A program made the position numbers and the translations under genes. Below, one piece after another: positions 11,058 to 20,162 of a stretch of 53,794 nt of DNA. Under the pieces are notes generated by a model. That model saw only the letters and a list, made by a program, of their open reading frames with translations, was not told where the DNA came from and made no database searches. The DNA comes from Caldisericota bacterium. Its GTDB lineage: Bacteria > Caldisericota > Caldisericia > B22-G15. Numbering within the stretch: position 1 is the first letter of the stretch; each line of letters begins with the position of its first letter. The stretch lies in the NCBI GenBank assembly GCA_039793425.1, contig JBAMLT010000008.1:1-53794 (forward strand), read 5' to 3'.

Positions 11058-13844
11058 ATGAAAAAAATAGTAATTATCTTAACAATTTTTTTTGTACTTT
11101 TAATAACTATAAATTTTAATATAAAAAAATCTTATGCAATTGATAATTTAAATATAAAATTTATTCTAAAGGATTCTCAAGGCAATGAAATTTCAATTGA
11201 AAAAGGAAAGGGGAAATTTAATAAGTTTAAATATAATTTAATAGAATCTGATGGGAATTATAAATTAATTATTTCTGGTAAAGGTGCAATAGAGTTTGAA
11301 ATAAGTTTCAAAGATTATGAAATAATTTTCCCTGAAAAAAATGAAATATTTATTTCGCCGATGATAATTCTAAAAGATTCTGAAAATGATTATTTAATGT
11401 TTTCAGTACCTCCTGATAATTTATATTATTTTGAATGTTCTAAAAAAGAAGGATTAGCCTTAATATCTTTTAATATATATATTAATAAAAAAGAAAATTT
11501 AATATTCAATGTTAAAAAAGTTAACTCATTAGATGATGGTTTTGATGAATATTTCAAAATTTATAAGGAAAAGGATAGAAAAGTAGAAAATGGTGGGTTA
11601 ATTACACCAGATACATCTTATACAAAAATTAGAGCATCAGGAATCAATAATTTCAACATTAAATATAGAATAGTAAATCCTGAAGAAGAAAAGGCAGTTG
11701 ATAGAATAAATGAAGCAAGTTTTTTTGGTATTCAAAATCTTGTAATCTTAAATCCTGTAAGAAAAAAATTTGAAAATCTTTTAGAAAATGATGTAGTTAA
11801 TAAACTATATTTTGATAAAGATAATCTTTCAAAAATTGATAGTATAGTTTTATTAACTTCTGGATTAAAAGATGGAAATGGAAAATTAATAAGTTTTGAA
11901 AAGAAAAGTAAACCAACTTATAAATTAGTTTCAGGTGAACCTGTTGTTGATTATAAAGAAAATTCATTTGATAAAATTTTCTTACTCAACCCCTCACCAA
12001 ATTTTTTAAGAAATAAAGGTATTTCATCATATAGTATTTATTATAATAGATATATTTACCCACTAAATATTTCAATCATTTATTACAATAATGAATCAGG
12101 TTTTAGTGAGGATAAAAAAAGTAGATATTCTGGTTTTGCACTCGATTTTTCAGATGTTTCAGATACCTTTAATTATAATAAAGTAGATTTTGGAAATTAT
12201 CCAACCTCATATTTAAATGGTAAAGAGTGTCAATTTTATCTTGTTAATCTTTATGATTTTCTTAAAAGTGAAGAAAAAAAGAATTTAATTTTATCAATTA
12301 ATCCTCGCTATTTTCAACTGATTATGAATTCTGATTTGATTTATAAAGAGATTAATGATTTAAATGAAATTTCAAATTTTCCTATTGAAAGAGCACTTAT
12401 AAGAAATAGACCAATAAATTATTCTTTTAAACTAAGTTATGATGAAATAAATGAAGTAAATTTGAATAAAATATTTAATTTTTCGCTATTGTATGGAATT
12501 TATCCAACTTTTTCAAATCCAGATAATAAACCATTCTCCATATGGGATTATCAGGATAAACTTAATGAATTAATGCCTTTTATAAAATATTATGACATCA
12601 TTAATCAGATAGAAAAAAGTGGTTTCAAACCAAAGTCAAATAGTTTTATTACAAATGGCTCTATTTTAAGATTTGGTAATTATCCTGAAATTTATTTAAC
12701 CATAAAAGGAGATGGTCTTTTAACAATAGATAAAAAATCTTTAAACATTGATGATAATTTTAAAATCATTGACTTAATTAAAAATAGTGAACTTGAATAT
12801 AAAGAGGAAGGGGATTATATTGTATTAAAAATTACTGATGAAAAAGTCATAAAAATCTTTTCAGAAAATGAGAAACTAAATATTGGTTTAATAATAAACA
12901 AAAAAGTAATAAAATTTGATATGAATTTCTTTTCACCTTTAATCTTCATTTGTTTATTATTATTAATCAATAAATATAAAATTAAATTTAAAATTAACCC
13001 TTACATAATAATAACTTTAATATTTTTAAGTTTATTAATAATAAAATTTTTCTTAAATATTACTTCACCATATTTTCTATTTTTATCAATAGGTATAATT
13101 TCACTTGTAGATTTTTTATATGAAACTGGATACAAAAAAAGTTTTCTTTTTAATTTTTCTCTCATATTTTTTATTGTTTCATTCATCTATCATTTATTGA
13201 CAAAATCCCAAATTAATATAGTTCCTCCCTTTTATCTTTATTTTGATTTATATTATTTTGTAATAGTTTTATTTTTATTTTTTTATATTTTTAATCATTT
13301 CAAATGGAATTTAATTTTTGATTTTATTATTTTTATAAGTTTTTTTACCTTTTTCTTTTTAACAAATCTTATAACAACACCCTTTTATACCCCTCCTTCT
13401 GATTTAAGTTTTTTAATAAATTTTATTTTGCTTATCTTTATTACCTTTATAATTTCATTTAAAAATCGTAAATTTTTTATTCTTTTTATAATTCTTAGTT
13501 TAGGTTTTATTTTTTATCTTTTCTGGGATAAGATATATTACTTTTTATTATTAAGAAATATTTTTGTTAGTTTTGATTTTATTACTTATTTTTTAACTCT
13601 CTTTTTAGTTTATTACCTTTTTATTCTACTCTTAAGAAAAAATTTCAAGACAAAACCAAATTTAGTTTATTTTCTTTTCTTCATAATATTAATTTTAAAT
13701 TCGCTTACTTTGAATAATTTCTATTTAAATATACCAAATAGATTCCCATTTTTATCATCGATTTCAAGACTTATTTTTTATATAATAATAATAGTTTATT
13801 TAATATATTTTACTGAAATGTTACTAACAAAAAAGGAGGAATAA
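11058..13844 (+). CDS. Large membrane protein: signal peptide, ~600-aa extracytoplasmic domain, ~10 C-terminal TM helices
   Basis: 929-aa ORF; last ~300 aa almost entirely F/I/L/Y; stop overlaps the hutH start (TAATG). Confidence 0.7.
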   Translation: MKKIVIILTIFFVLLITINFNIKKSYAIDNLNIKFILKDSQGNEISIEKGKGKFNKFKYNLIESDGNYKLIISGKGAIEFEISFKDYEIIFPEKNEIFISPMIILKDSENDYLMFSVPPDNLYYFECSKKEGLALISFNIYINKKENLIFNVKKVNSLDDGFDEYFKIYKEKDRKVENGGLITPDTSYTKIRASGINNFNIKYRIVNPEEEKAVDRINEASFFGIQNLVILNPVRKKFENLLENDVVNKLYFDKDNLSKIDSIVLLTSGLKDGNGKLISFEKKSKPTYKLVSGEPVVDYKENSFDKIFLLNPSPNFLRNKGISSYSIYYNRYIYPLNISIIYYNNESGFSEDKKSRYSGFALDFSDVSDTFNYNKVDFGNYPTSYLNGKECQFYLVNLYDFLKSEEKKNLILSINPRYFQLIMNSDLIYKEINDLNEISNFPIERALIRNRPINYSFKLSYDEINEVNLNKIFNFSLLYGIYPTFSNPDNKPFSIWDYQDKLNELMPFIKYYDIINQIEKSGFKPKSNSFITNGSILRFGNYPEIYLTIKGDGLLTIDKKSLNIDDNFKIIDLIKNSELEYKEEGDYIVLKITDEKVIKIFSENEKLNIGLIINKKVIKFDMNFFSPLIFICLLLLINKYKIKFKINPYIIITLIFLSLLIIKFFLNITSPYFLFLSIGIISLVDFLYETGYKKSFLFNFSLIFFIVSFIYHLLTKSQINIVPPFYLYFDLYYFVIVLFLFFYIFNHFKWNLIFDFIIFISFFTFFFLTNLITTPFYTPPSDLSFLINFILLIFITFIISFKNRKFFILFIILSLGFIFYLFWDKIYYFLLLRNIFVSFDFITYFLTLFLVYYLFILLLRKNFKTKPNLVYFLFFIILILNSLTLNNFYLNIPNRFPFLSSISRLIFYIIIIVYLIYFTEMLLTKKEE

Positions 13845-15367
13845 TGGCTAAAATTCTCATTGATGGGGATAGTTTAACAATTGATGATGTTGTATCTATC
13901 TCAAGATATAGAAAAAGTTTAGATCTTTCTCCAGATGCTATTGATAAAATAGATGAATCAAGAGAGGTAATTGAGGAGTTATCTAAAAAAGATATACCAA
14001 TTTATGGTATAAATACTGGCCTTGGGAAGTTGTGTAATATAAAAATTTCAAAAGAAAATTTATTAAAATTACAAGAAAATATAATTAAATCACATACTAT
14101 AGCATTAAAACCATTTCTTACAAAAGATGCAGTGAGAGCAACATTACTTATAAGAGCAAATTCTCTTGCAAAAGGCTATTCTGGGATAAGAAGAGAGGTT
14201 GTTGAAAGAATAATTCTTTTGTTAAATGAAGATATTGTTCCTTTAATTCCTCAAAAGGGTTCGCTTGGGGCTTCTGGAGATTTAATTCCACTAGCCTCAC
14301 TTGCTTCTTTTCTTGTAGGTGAAGGAAAAGGTATTTATAAAGGAAGGGAAATGAAATCTATTGATATTCATAAAAAATTAGGTATTGAACCACTTAAACT
14401 TCTTGAAAAAGAAGCATTATCTATTATTAATGGAACTTCATTTTCTCTTGCACTTGCTGCTTTATCAATTTTTGATTCAAAAATAATCCTCAAAAACGCA
14501 TTGATATCTGCAAGTTTAAGCATGGAGGCCTTACTTGCTCTTTCAGACCCTTTTAATACAAAAATAAATATTGCAAAACCACAAACCTCTCAGGCTGTAA
14601 TATCATATGCGATCAATTCTCTTCTTGATGGAAGTTCCTTAATTAATTCTTTAAAAGAAAAAACTCAGGATTCTTACGTAATTAGATGTTTACCTCAAAT
14701 TTATGGTTCAATTTATAATACAATAAAATTTGTTGAGAAAAATTTAACAATTGAAATAAATTCTTCATCTGACAACCCACTCGTATTTTCAGATGAAAAG
14801 ATGGTTCTTTCAGGAGGAAATTTTCATGGTTCTTTCATTTCTACAAATTGTGACTTTTTAACTATAGAGTTAACTATACTAAGCAATAATATCGAAAGAA
14901 GAATCAATAGGTTAATGAACTCAAATCTCTCGAATGGATTACCTCCCTTTTTAATTGAAAATAGCGGACTTAATTCAGGTTTAATGCTTTTACAATATCT
15001 TGCTTCTTCACTTGTCAGCGAAAATAGAGTTTTGTCTTATCCAGCATCTGTTACATCTTCTCCTGTTTCCAATGACCAAGAAGATGATGTAAGCATGTCA
15101 GGGACAGCAAGTAGAAAGTTAAGACAAATCATAGAAAATATTTTTACAATAATAACCATTGAATTAATTTCTGCAGTACAAGCCTTAAATTTTAGAAAAG
15201 GAAAACTTGGAAGAGGAACTCAACTTGCATATAATATGATAAAAGATATTTTCCCAGGAATAGAGGAAGATACAAATTTAACACCATATATTGAAAAAAT
15301 AAAAGAAATTGTTTTTGATGGAAGCATAGTAAAAGAGGTAGAAAAAGAAATTGGTGAACTCTTTTAG
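13844..15367 (+). CDS. hutH: Histidine ammonia-lyase (MIO-dependent)
   Basis: YGINTGLG, IKSH (His-selective SH), MIO-forming GASGDL, QDSYVIRC, SSDNP, SGGNFHG, SNDQED; AAGGAGG SD. Confidence 0.88.
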   Translation: MAKILIDGDSLTIDDVVSISRYRKSLDLSPDAIDKIDESREVIEELSKKDIPIYGINTGLGKLCNIKISKENLLKLQENIIKSHTIALKPFLTKDAVRATLLIRANSLAKGYSGIRREVVERIILLLNEDIVPLIPQKGSLGASGDLIPLASLASFLVGEGKGIYKGREMKSIDIHKKLGIEPLKLLEKEALSIINGTSFSLALAALSIFDSKIILKNALISASLSMEALLALSDPFNTKINIAKPQTSQAVISYAINSLLDGSSLINSLKEKTQDSYVIRCLPQIYGSIYNTIKFVEKNLTIEINSSSDNPLVFSDEKMVLSGGNFHGSFISTNCDFLTIELTILSNNIERRINRLMNSNLSNGLPPFLIENSGLNSGLMLLQYLASSLVSENRVLSYPASVTSSPVSNDQEDDVSMSGTASRKLRQIIENIFTIITIELISAVQALNFRKGKLGRGTQLAYNMIKDIFPGIEEDTNLTPYIEKIKEIVFDGSIVKEVEKEIGELF

Positions 15368-16034
15368 ATGGATTGGAATTGATGAATCTGGTAAAGGAGA
15401 TTTTTTTGGTTATCTTGTAATTGCAGGAGTTGTTGTTAAAAATGATAAAATAGAAATTTTGAAAGAACTTAATGTACGGGATTCAAAAAAAATTTCAGAT
15501 AATAGAGTTATTTATCTTTCAAAAATAATAAAACAAAATTTTATAAATTCTTTAGTTTATATCTCTCCAAAAAAGTTTAATGAACTTTATAAGAATTTTA
15601 AAAATATTAACAAAATTCTTGCCTGGGGGCATTCAAGAGTAATAAAAAATCTATTAAAAATATCAAATGTTAATTGGATTGTAATTGATAAATTCACTAC
15701 AAAAAAATACATTGAAGATTTTCTAACAAAAGAAGAAAAAAATGTTGAAAAAATAGAAATAATTAAAGGAGAAAGTGATATGGCAGTTGCAGCAGCATCT
15801 ATCATTGCAAGAGCAGGTTTTTTATTATCATTAAAAAAATTAAGTAAAGAGTGGCAAATTGAATTTCCTAAAGGAGCTTCTTACATAGTTGATAAAATTG
15901 GAATTGAATTTGTAAAAAAATATGGAAAAGATAATTTGATAAATGTATCTAAAATAAATTTTAAAAACTTTAAAAAAATTGAAGAAGGTGTAGGAAACTT
16001 ATTTGTTAATTTTAAGGAGAGTAAGAATGTTTGA
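15351..16034 (+). CDS. rnhC: Ribonuclease HIII, catalytic domain only
   Basis: IGIDESGKGDFFG, RDSKK, IDKF, KGES..AVAAASIIAR, FPKGAS. Confidence 0.85.
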   Translation: MVNSFRWIGIDESGKGDFFGYLVIAGVVVKNDKIEILKELNVRDSKKISDNRVIYLSKIIKQNFINSLVYISPKKFNELYKNFKNINKILAWGHSRVIKNLLKISNVNWIVIDKFTTKKYIEDFLTKEEKNVEKIEIIKGESDMAVAAASIIARAGFLLSLKKLSKEWQIEFPKGASYIVDKIGIEFVKKYGKDNLINVSKINFKNFKKIEEGVGNLFVNFKESKNV

Positions 16035-16650
16035 TAAAAAGGAATTTGTATTTATTCTTTCAAACTTATATAAAAAACAACTCATTGGTGGTTATGGTGG
16101 AAATATATCAGTGAAAGAAAAAGAACTTCTTTTAATAACTCCTACAGGTATCAATAAAGGGTTAATAAAACAAGAAGATTTGTTAGTTGTTGATTTTAAT
16201 GGAAAAGTAATAGAAGGCAAAGGGAAACCATCAACAGAAATTTTAATGCATTATGAAATATATAAAAAAAGAAATGATATAACTGCAATAATACATTCGC
16301 ACCCTCCATATTGTGTAGCCCTTGCTTTAAGTGGTATTCTCTTACCAGATAATATACTCCCAGAGACAACAATTCATTTGGGAAAAATATCTTTTGTTCC
16401 ATATGTAACTCCAGGAACAATTGAACTTGCAAAAGAGGTAAGTAATGGATTTGAACAAGGAGATGTTGTTTTTATGGGTAATCATGGCGTAACAGTTGTT
16501 GGGAAAAACTTACCGGATGCATACAACAAAATAGAATTAGTAGAGGAGACAGCAAAATCATACATATATTCTCAATTAATTGGAAAAACAAATTTTTTAC
16601 CAGATAAGGATTATGAAATTTTTCTAAATTTATATAAAAAATCTATGTAG
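16027..16650 (+). CDS. Class II aldolase/adducin family protein
   Basis: GGNIS, ITPTG, PSTEILMHYEIY, IIHSHPPY, MGNHGV; AAGGAG SD before ATG at 16027. Confidence 0.9.
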   Translation: MFDKKEFVFILSNLYKKQLIGGYGGNISVKEKELLLITPTGINKGLIKQEDLLVVDFNGKVIEGKGKPSTEILMHYEIYKKRNDITAIIHSHPPYCVALALSGILLPDNILPETTIHLGKISFVPYVTPGTIELAKEVSNGFEQGDVVFMGNHGVTVVGKNLPDAYNKIELVEETAKSYIYSQLIGKTNFLPDKDYEIFLNLYKKSM

Positions 16651-17032
16651 AATCTTTTTTAGTTTTTTCCCATAATTTATCAAGTTCAGAAATATTTAAA
16701 TCTTTTAAATTTATTTTTTCTTTTTCAGCATTTTTTTCCATATTTAAAATTCTTTTCTTAAATTTAATATAACTTTTATTTAATGTTTCAATTAAATCAA
16801 GATTAAGAAATCTTGATAAATTAACAATGGTTATCAAAATATCACCAAACTCATCTTCAATTTCATCTTTTTTTCCAAGATTTAAAGCATTTTCTAATTC
16901 AATTGTTTCTTCTTTCAATTTATCAATAACACCAAAAACATTATCCCAATCAAAATTGTATTTTTCTTTTAAAAATTTTTGAAATTTTATTATTTCATAA
17001 ATTAAATTGAGTTCTTTTTTAGTTCTTCCCAC
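16643..17032 (-). CDS. MazG second (C-terminal) NTP-pyrophosphohydrolase domain, in the -1 frame relative to the upstream gene
   Basis: FDW..V..KLKEETIEL, EDEFGDILITIVNLSRFL, KFKKR, ELDKLWEKTK. Confidence 0.85.
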   Translation of the reverse strand: MGRTKKELNLIYEIIKFQKFLKEKYNFDWDNVFGVIDKLKEETIELENALNLGKKDEIEDEFGDILITIVNLSRFLNLDLIETLNKSYIKFKKRILNMEKNAEKEKINLKDLNISELDKLWEKTKKDST

Positions 17033-17832
17033 CTATCTTCAACCTCTTCAGCACTATTAATAACCTCATCTTTAAATACATGAGGATGTCTTTTTACAAG
17101 TTTATCTATGACTCTATTTAAGACATCTTCAACTGTAAAGTTTTTCTTCTCTTCACCAATAACTATTAAAAACATTATTTCAAGAAGAACATCTCCAAGT
17201 TCTTCAATAGTATTATCTATATCTTTATTTTTAATTGCTTCCTTAAGTTCCTGAAATTCATCTTCAAAATATTTCAAGAGTGATTCCATGGTCTGCTTTT
17301 TATCCCAAGGACATTCTTTTCTTAAAGTTTCAACTGTTTTATGAAAAACAGAAAAAATTTCTTCTTCTGAATCATTAAAATTTTTTAAAATATCATAAAT
17401 CTCATATATAAATTTTTCCTGCTTTAATGATTCTAAATTATAGTTTCTTTTACTTCTTACTAAATCTAAACTCTCTTTAGGACTTTTACCTTTTGACATA
17501 AAAAATATTGAAAGCATAGTTCCTGTTCTTCCAATTCCAGCATCACAATGAATAAGAGTTGGTATTTTCCATTTTTCCATTAATTTCATCCATTTTAAAA
17601 ATTTTTTCACATCAGATATTGTTGGAACATCAAAATCCTTTATTGGAATATGAATATTTCTAATTTTATATTTTTTTAATAATTCTTCATCAATTTTCTT
17701 TTCAGATAAAGTAACTATTGAACCAATTTTTTGCTCTTTTAAAAATTTTAATTTTTGTTCATTATCTGGAAAATCAGATGCAGCAATAAATCCGTCAATT
17801 ACCCAAGAGAAATTATTAAAAGGATTAATCAT
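17002..17832 (-). CDS. mazG: Dual-specificity (Cys) phosphatase fused to the MazG N-terminal domain
   Basis: NFSWV, HIPIKDFDVP, P-loop HCDAGIGRTG; then LRKECPWDKKQT, EELGDVLL, KLVKRHPHVF. Confidence 0.88.
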   Translation of the reverse strand: MINPFNNFSWVIDGFIAASDFPDNEQKLKFLKEQKIGSIVTLSEKKIDEELLKKYKIRNIHIPIKDFDVPTISDVKKFLKWMKLMEKWKIPTLIHCDAGIGRTGTMLSIFFMSKGKSPKESLDLVRSKRNYNLESLKQEKFIYEIYDILKNFNDSEEEIFSVFHKTVETLRKECPWDKKQTMESLLKYFEDEFQELKEAIKNKDIDNTIEELGDVLLEIMFLIVIGEEKKNFTVEDVLNRVIDKLVKRHPHVFKDEVINSAEEVEDRWEELKKNSI

Positions 17833-17838
17833 AAGATA

Positions 17839-17859
17839 ATTATATCATTATGATATAAT
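17839..17859. promoter_or_regulatory. Back-to-back extended -10 elements (ATTATATCA-tta-TGATATAAT)
   Basis: Inverted repeat with 9-bp arms, each TGnTATAAT, between the divergent phosphatase-mazG and nfnA genes. Confidence 0.6.
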
Positions 17860-17894
17860 AATTCAGGATATGCTTTTTTAATCAGGAGGAATTT

Positions 17895-18728
17895 ATGTTC
17901 GAGATAACTTATAAAGAAGAGATTTGTCCCACTATTTTTCTTATGAAAATTACAGCACCTTTTGTTGCAAGAAATGCAAGACCAGGACAATTTTTTATTG
18001 TAAGAGTTTATGAAAAAGGTGAAAGAATACCATTAACAATTGCTGATTATGAAAAAGACGAAATCACAGCAGTTTTTCAAACAGTTGGTTTAACAACATA
18101 TCTTCTTTCATATAAAAATGTTGGTGAACATTTAAGTGATATAGTGGGACCATTAGGCACCCCCTCTGAATTAACAAAATATGATGGAACTGTTGTAATA
18201 ATTGGAGGTGGAGTTGGAATTGCTCCTATTTATCCAATTACAAAAGGTTTTAAAAATTTAGGAAATAAAGTAATTACTATCCTTGGAGCAAGAAGTAAAA
18301 ATTTACTCTTTTGGGAAGAAAGATTTAAAGATATATCAGATGAAATTTTAATAACAACTGATGATGGTTCATATGGAATAAAAGGATTTGTAACTGATGC
18401 TTTAAAAAATTTGATAGATAGAGGAGAAAAAATTTCGCAGGTTACGGCAATCGGACCTCCAATAATGATGAGAAATGTTTGTAATCTTACTAAGCCTTAT
18501 AATATAAAGACTATTGTCAGTTTAAACTCAATAATGGTTGATGGTACTGGAATGTGTGGAGTATGTAGAGTAGAGGTTGGAAAGGAAACCAAACTAACCT
18601 GTCAGGATGGTCCTGAATTTGATGGACATCTTGTGAATTTTGATCTTCTTTTTGAAAGATTAAAAATGTATAGAGAAGAAGAAAAAATCGCAATGAACTA
18701 TCTTGAAGATAAAAGGAGGAATTTGTAA
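17895..18728 (+). CDS. nfnA: Electron-bifurcating transhydrogenase small subunit NfnA
   Basis: PGQFFIV, ERIPLTIAD, GPLG, GGGVG, AIGPPIMM, MVDGTGMCGVCRV, CQDGPEF; AGGAGG SD. Confidence 0.9.
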   Translation: MFEITYKEEICPTIFLMKITAPFVARNARPGQFFIVRVYEKGERIPLTIADYEKDEITAVFQTVGLTTYLLSYKNVGEHLSDIVGPLGTPSELTKYDGTVVIIGGGVGIAPIYPITKGFKNLGNKVITILGARSKNLLFWEERFKDISDEILITTDDGSYGIKGFVTDALKNLIDRGEKISQVTAIGPPIMMRNVCNLTKPYNIKTIVSLNSIMVDGTGMCGVCRVEVGKETKLTCQDGPEFDGHLVNFDLLFERLKMYREEEKIAMNYLEDKRRNL

Positions 18729-20146
18729 TGGCAATTATTCCAAAAAAAACTCCTATGAAAGAACAAAAACCTGAAGATAGAATCAAAAATTTTGATGAAG
18801 TTCCTTATGGATATACTGAAGAAGAGGCAGTTTTAGAAGCAGAAAGATGTTTACAGTGTAAAATTCCAAAATGTATAGAAGGTTGTCCTGTTAATGTTGA
18901 TATTCCTGGATTTATTAAAGCAATAAAAGAAAGAGATTTTGATAGAGCAATAAGAATTATGAAAAATACAAATTCTCTTCCTGCTATCACTGGAAGGGTT
19001 TGTCCACAGGAAGATCAGTGTGAGGCAGAATGTGTTCTTGGCAAAAAATATGAACCAGTTGCAATTGGAAGACTTGAAAGATTCATAGCAGATTGGGATG
19101 CAAAAAGAGGAATGGTAGTTCCTGAAACAAATGAAAAACTTGGTTTAAAAGTAGCGGTAGTTGGTGCAGGTCCTGCAAGTTTAACTTGTGCTGCAGATTT
19201 AGCAAAAATGGGTTATGATGTAACTATTTTTGAATCTTTACATTCACCTGGTGGTGTCTTAATCTATGGAATTCCAGAATTCAGATTGCCAAAAGCAATT
19301 GTTAAAAGAGAAATTGAATATCTAACAAAACTTGGAGTTGAAATAAAATGTGATATTTTAGTTGGAAGAACATTTTCTTTAAATGATCTTTTTGAAAATG
19401 GATATTCAGCCATATTCTTAGGAACTGGTGCTGGTGCTCCTCAGTTTATGAATATACCAGGAGAAAATCTACTTGGAATTCTTTCTGCAAATGAATATTT
19501 AACAAGAATAAATTTAATGAAGGCATATAAATTTCCAGAATATGATACACCAGTAAAAAAAGGTGGATTTGTTGCAGTAATTGGAGCAGGAAATGTTGCA
19601 ATGGATTCAGCAAGAAGTGCCTTAAGACTTGGAGCAAAAAAAGTTTTTATTATTTATAGAAGAACAGAAAAAGAAATGCCAGCAAGAATTGAAGAATATC
19701 ATCATGCTGTTGAAGAAGGTATAGAATTCTTATGGTTAACAAATCCAATAGAATATTTTGGTGATAGTGATGGATGGGTTAAAGAAATTGAGGTTATTAA
19801 AAATGAACTTGGTGAACCTGATGAATCTGGAAGAAGAAGGCCTGTTCCGATTAAGGGAAGTGAATATAGAATAAAAGTTGATAATGTAATTGTTGCTATT
19901 GGAACAGTTCCAAACCCTCTAATAGCAAGAACGAGTGGACTTAAAACCGGAAGACATGGAGTTGTGATTGCTGATGAAAATGGGAGAACAAGTTTAGAAG
20001 GAGTATGGGCGGGTGGAGATATTGTCACAGGAGCAGCAACAGTTATTCTTGCGATGGGAGCTGGAAAAAAAGCAGCGTTAGATATTGATAGATATTTAAA
20101 AGAAAAGTATATTTTTAAAAAAGAGGTTTCCTGGGTTTGTTTATAG
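18728..20146 (+). CDS. nfnB: NfnB (GltD-like NADPH-dependent large subunit)
   Basis: EAERCLQC...CIEGCPV, GRVCPQEDQCE, GAGPA, GAGNVAMD, YRR, AGGDIVTGAATVILAMGAG; coupled to nfnA. Confidence 0.92.
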   Translation: MAIIPKKTPMKEQKPEDRIKNFDEVPYGYTEEEAVLEAERCLQCKIPKCIEGCPVNVDIPGFIKAIKERDFDRAIRIMKNTNSLPAITGRVCPQEDQCEAECVLGKKYEPVAIGRLERFIADWDAKRGMVVPETNEKLGLKVAVVGAGPASLTCAADLAKMGYDVTIFESLHSPGGVLIYGIPEFRLPKAIVKREIEYLTKLGVEIKCDILVGRTFSLNDLFENGYSAIFLGTGAGAPQFMNIPGENLLGILSANEYLTRINLMKAYKFPEYDTPVKKGGFVAVIGAGNVAMDSARSALRLGAKKVFIIYRRTEKEMPARIEEYHHAVEEGIEFLWLTNPIEYFGDSDGWVKEIEVIKNELGEPDESGRRRPVPIKGSEYRIKVDNVIVAIGTVPNPLIARTSGLKTGRHGVVIADENGRTSLEGVWAGGDIVTGAATVILAMGAGKKAALDIDRYLKEKYIFKKEVSWVCL

Positions 20147-20162
20147 TATTCAGGAGGAAGTT

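Noticed and set aside
12900-13840. Extremely T-rich low-complexity stretch
   Set aside because: Explained by Phe/Ile/Leu codons of TM helices in an open frame.
18728-20146. Annotation as glutamate synthase small subunit
   Set aside because: No GltB large subunit, and coupling to an NfnA-type gene indicates NfnB.
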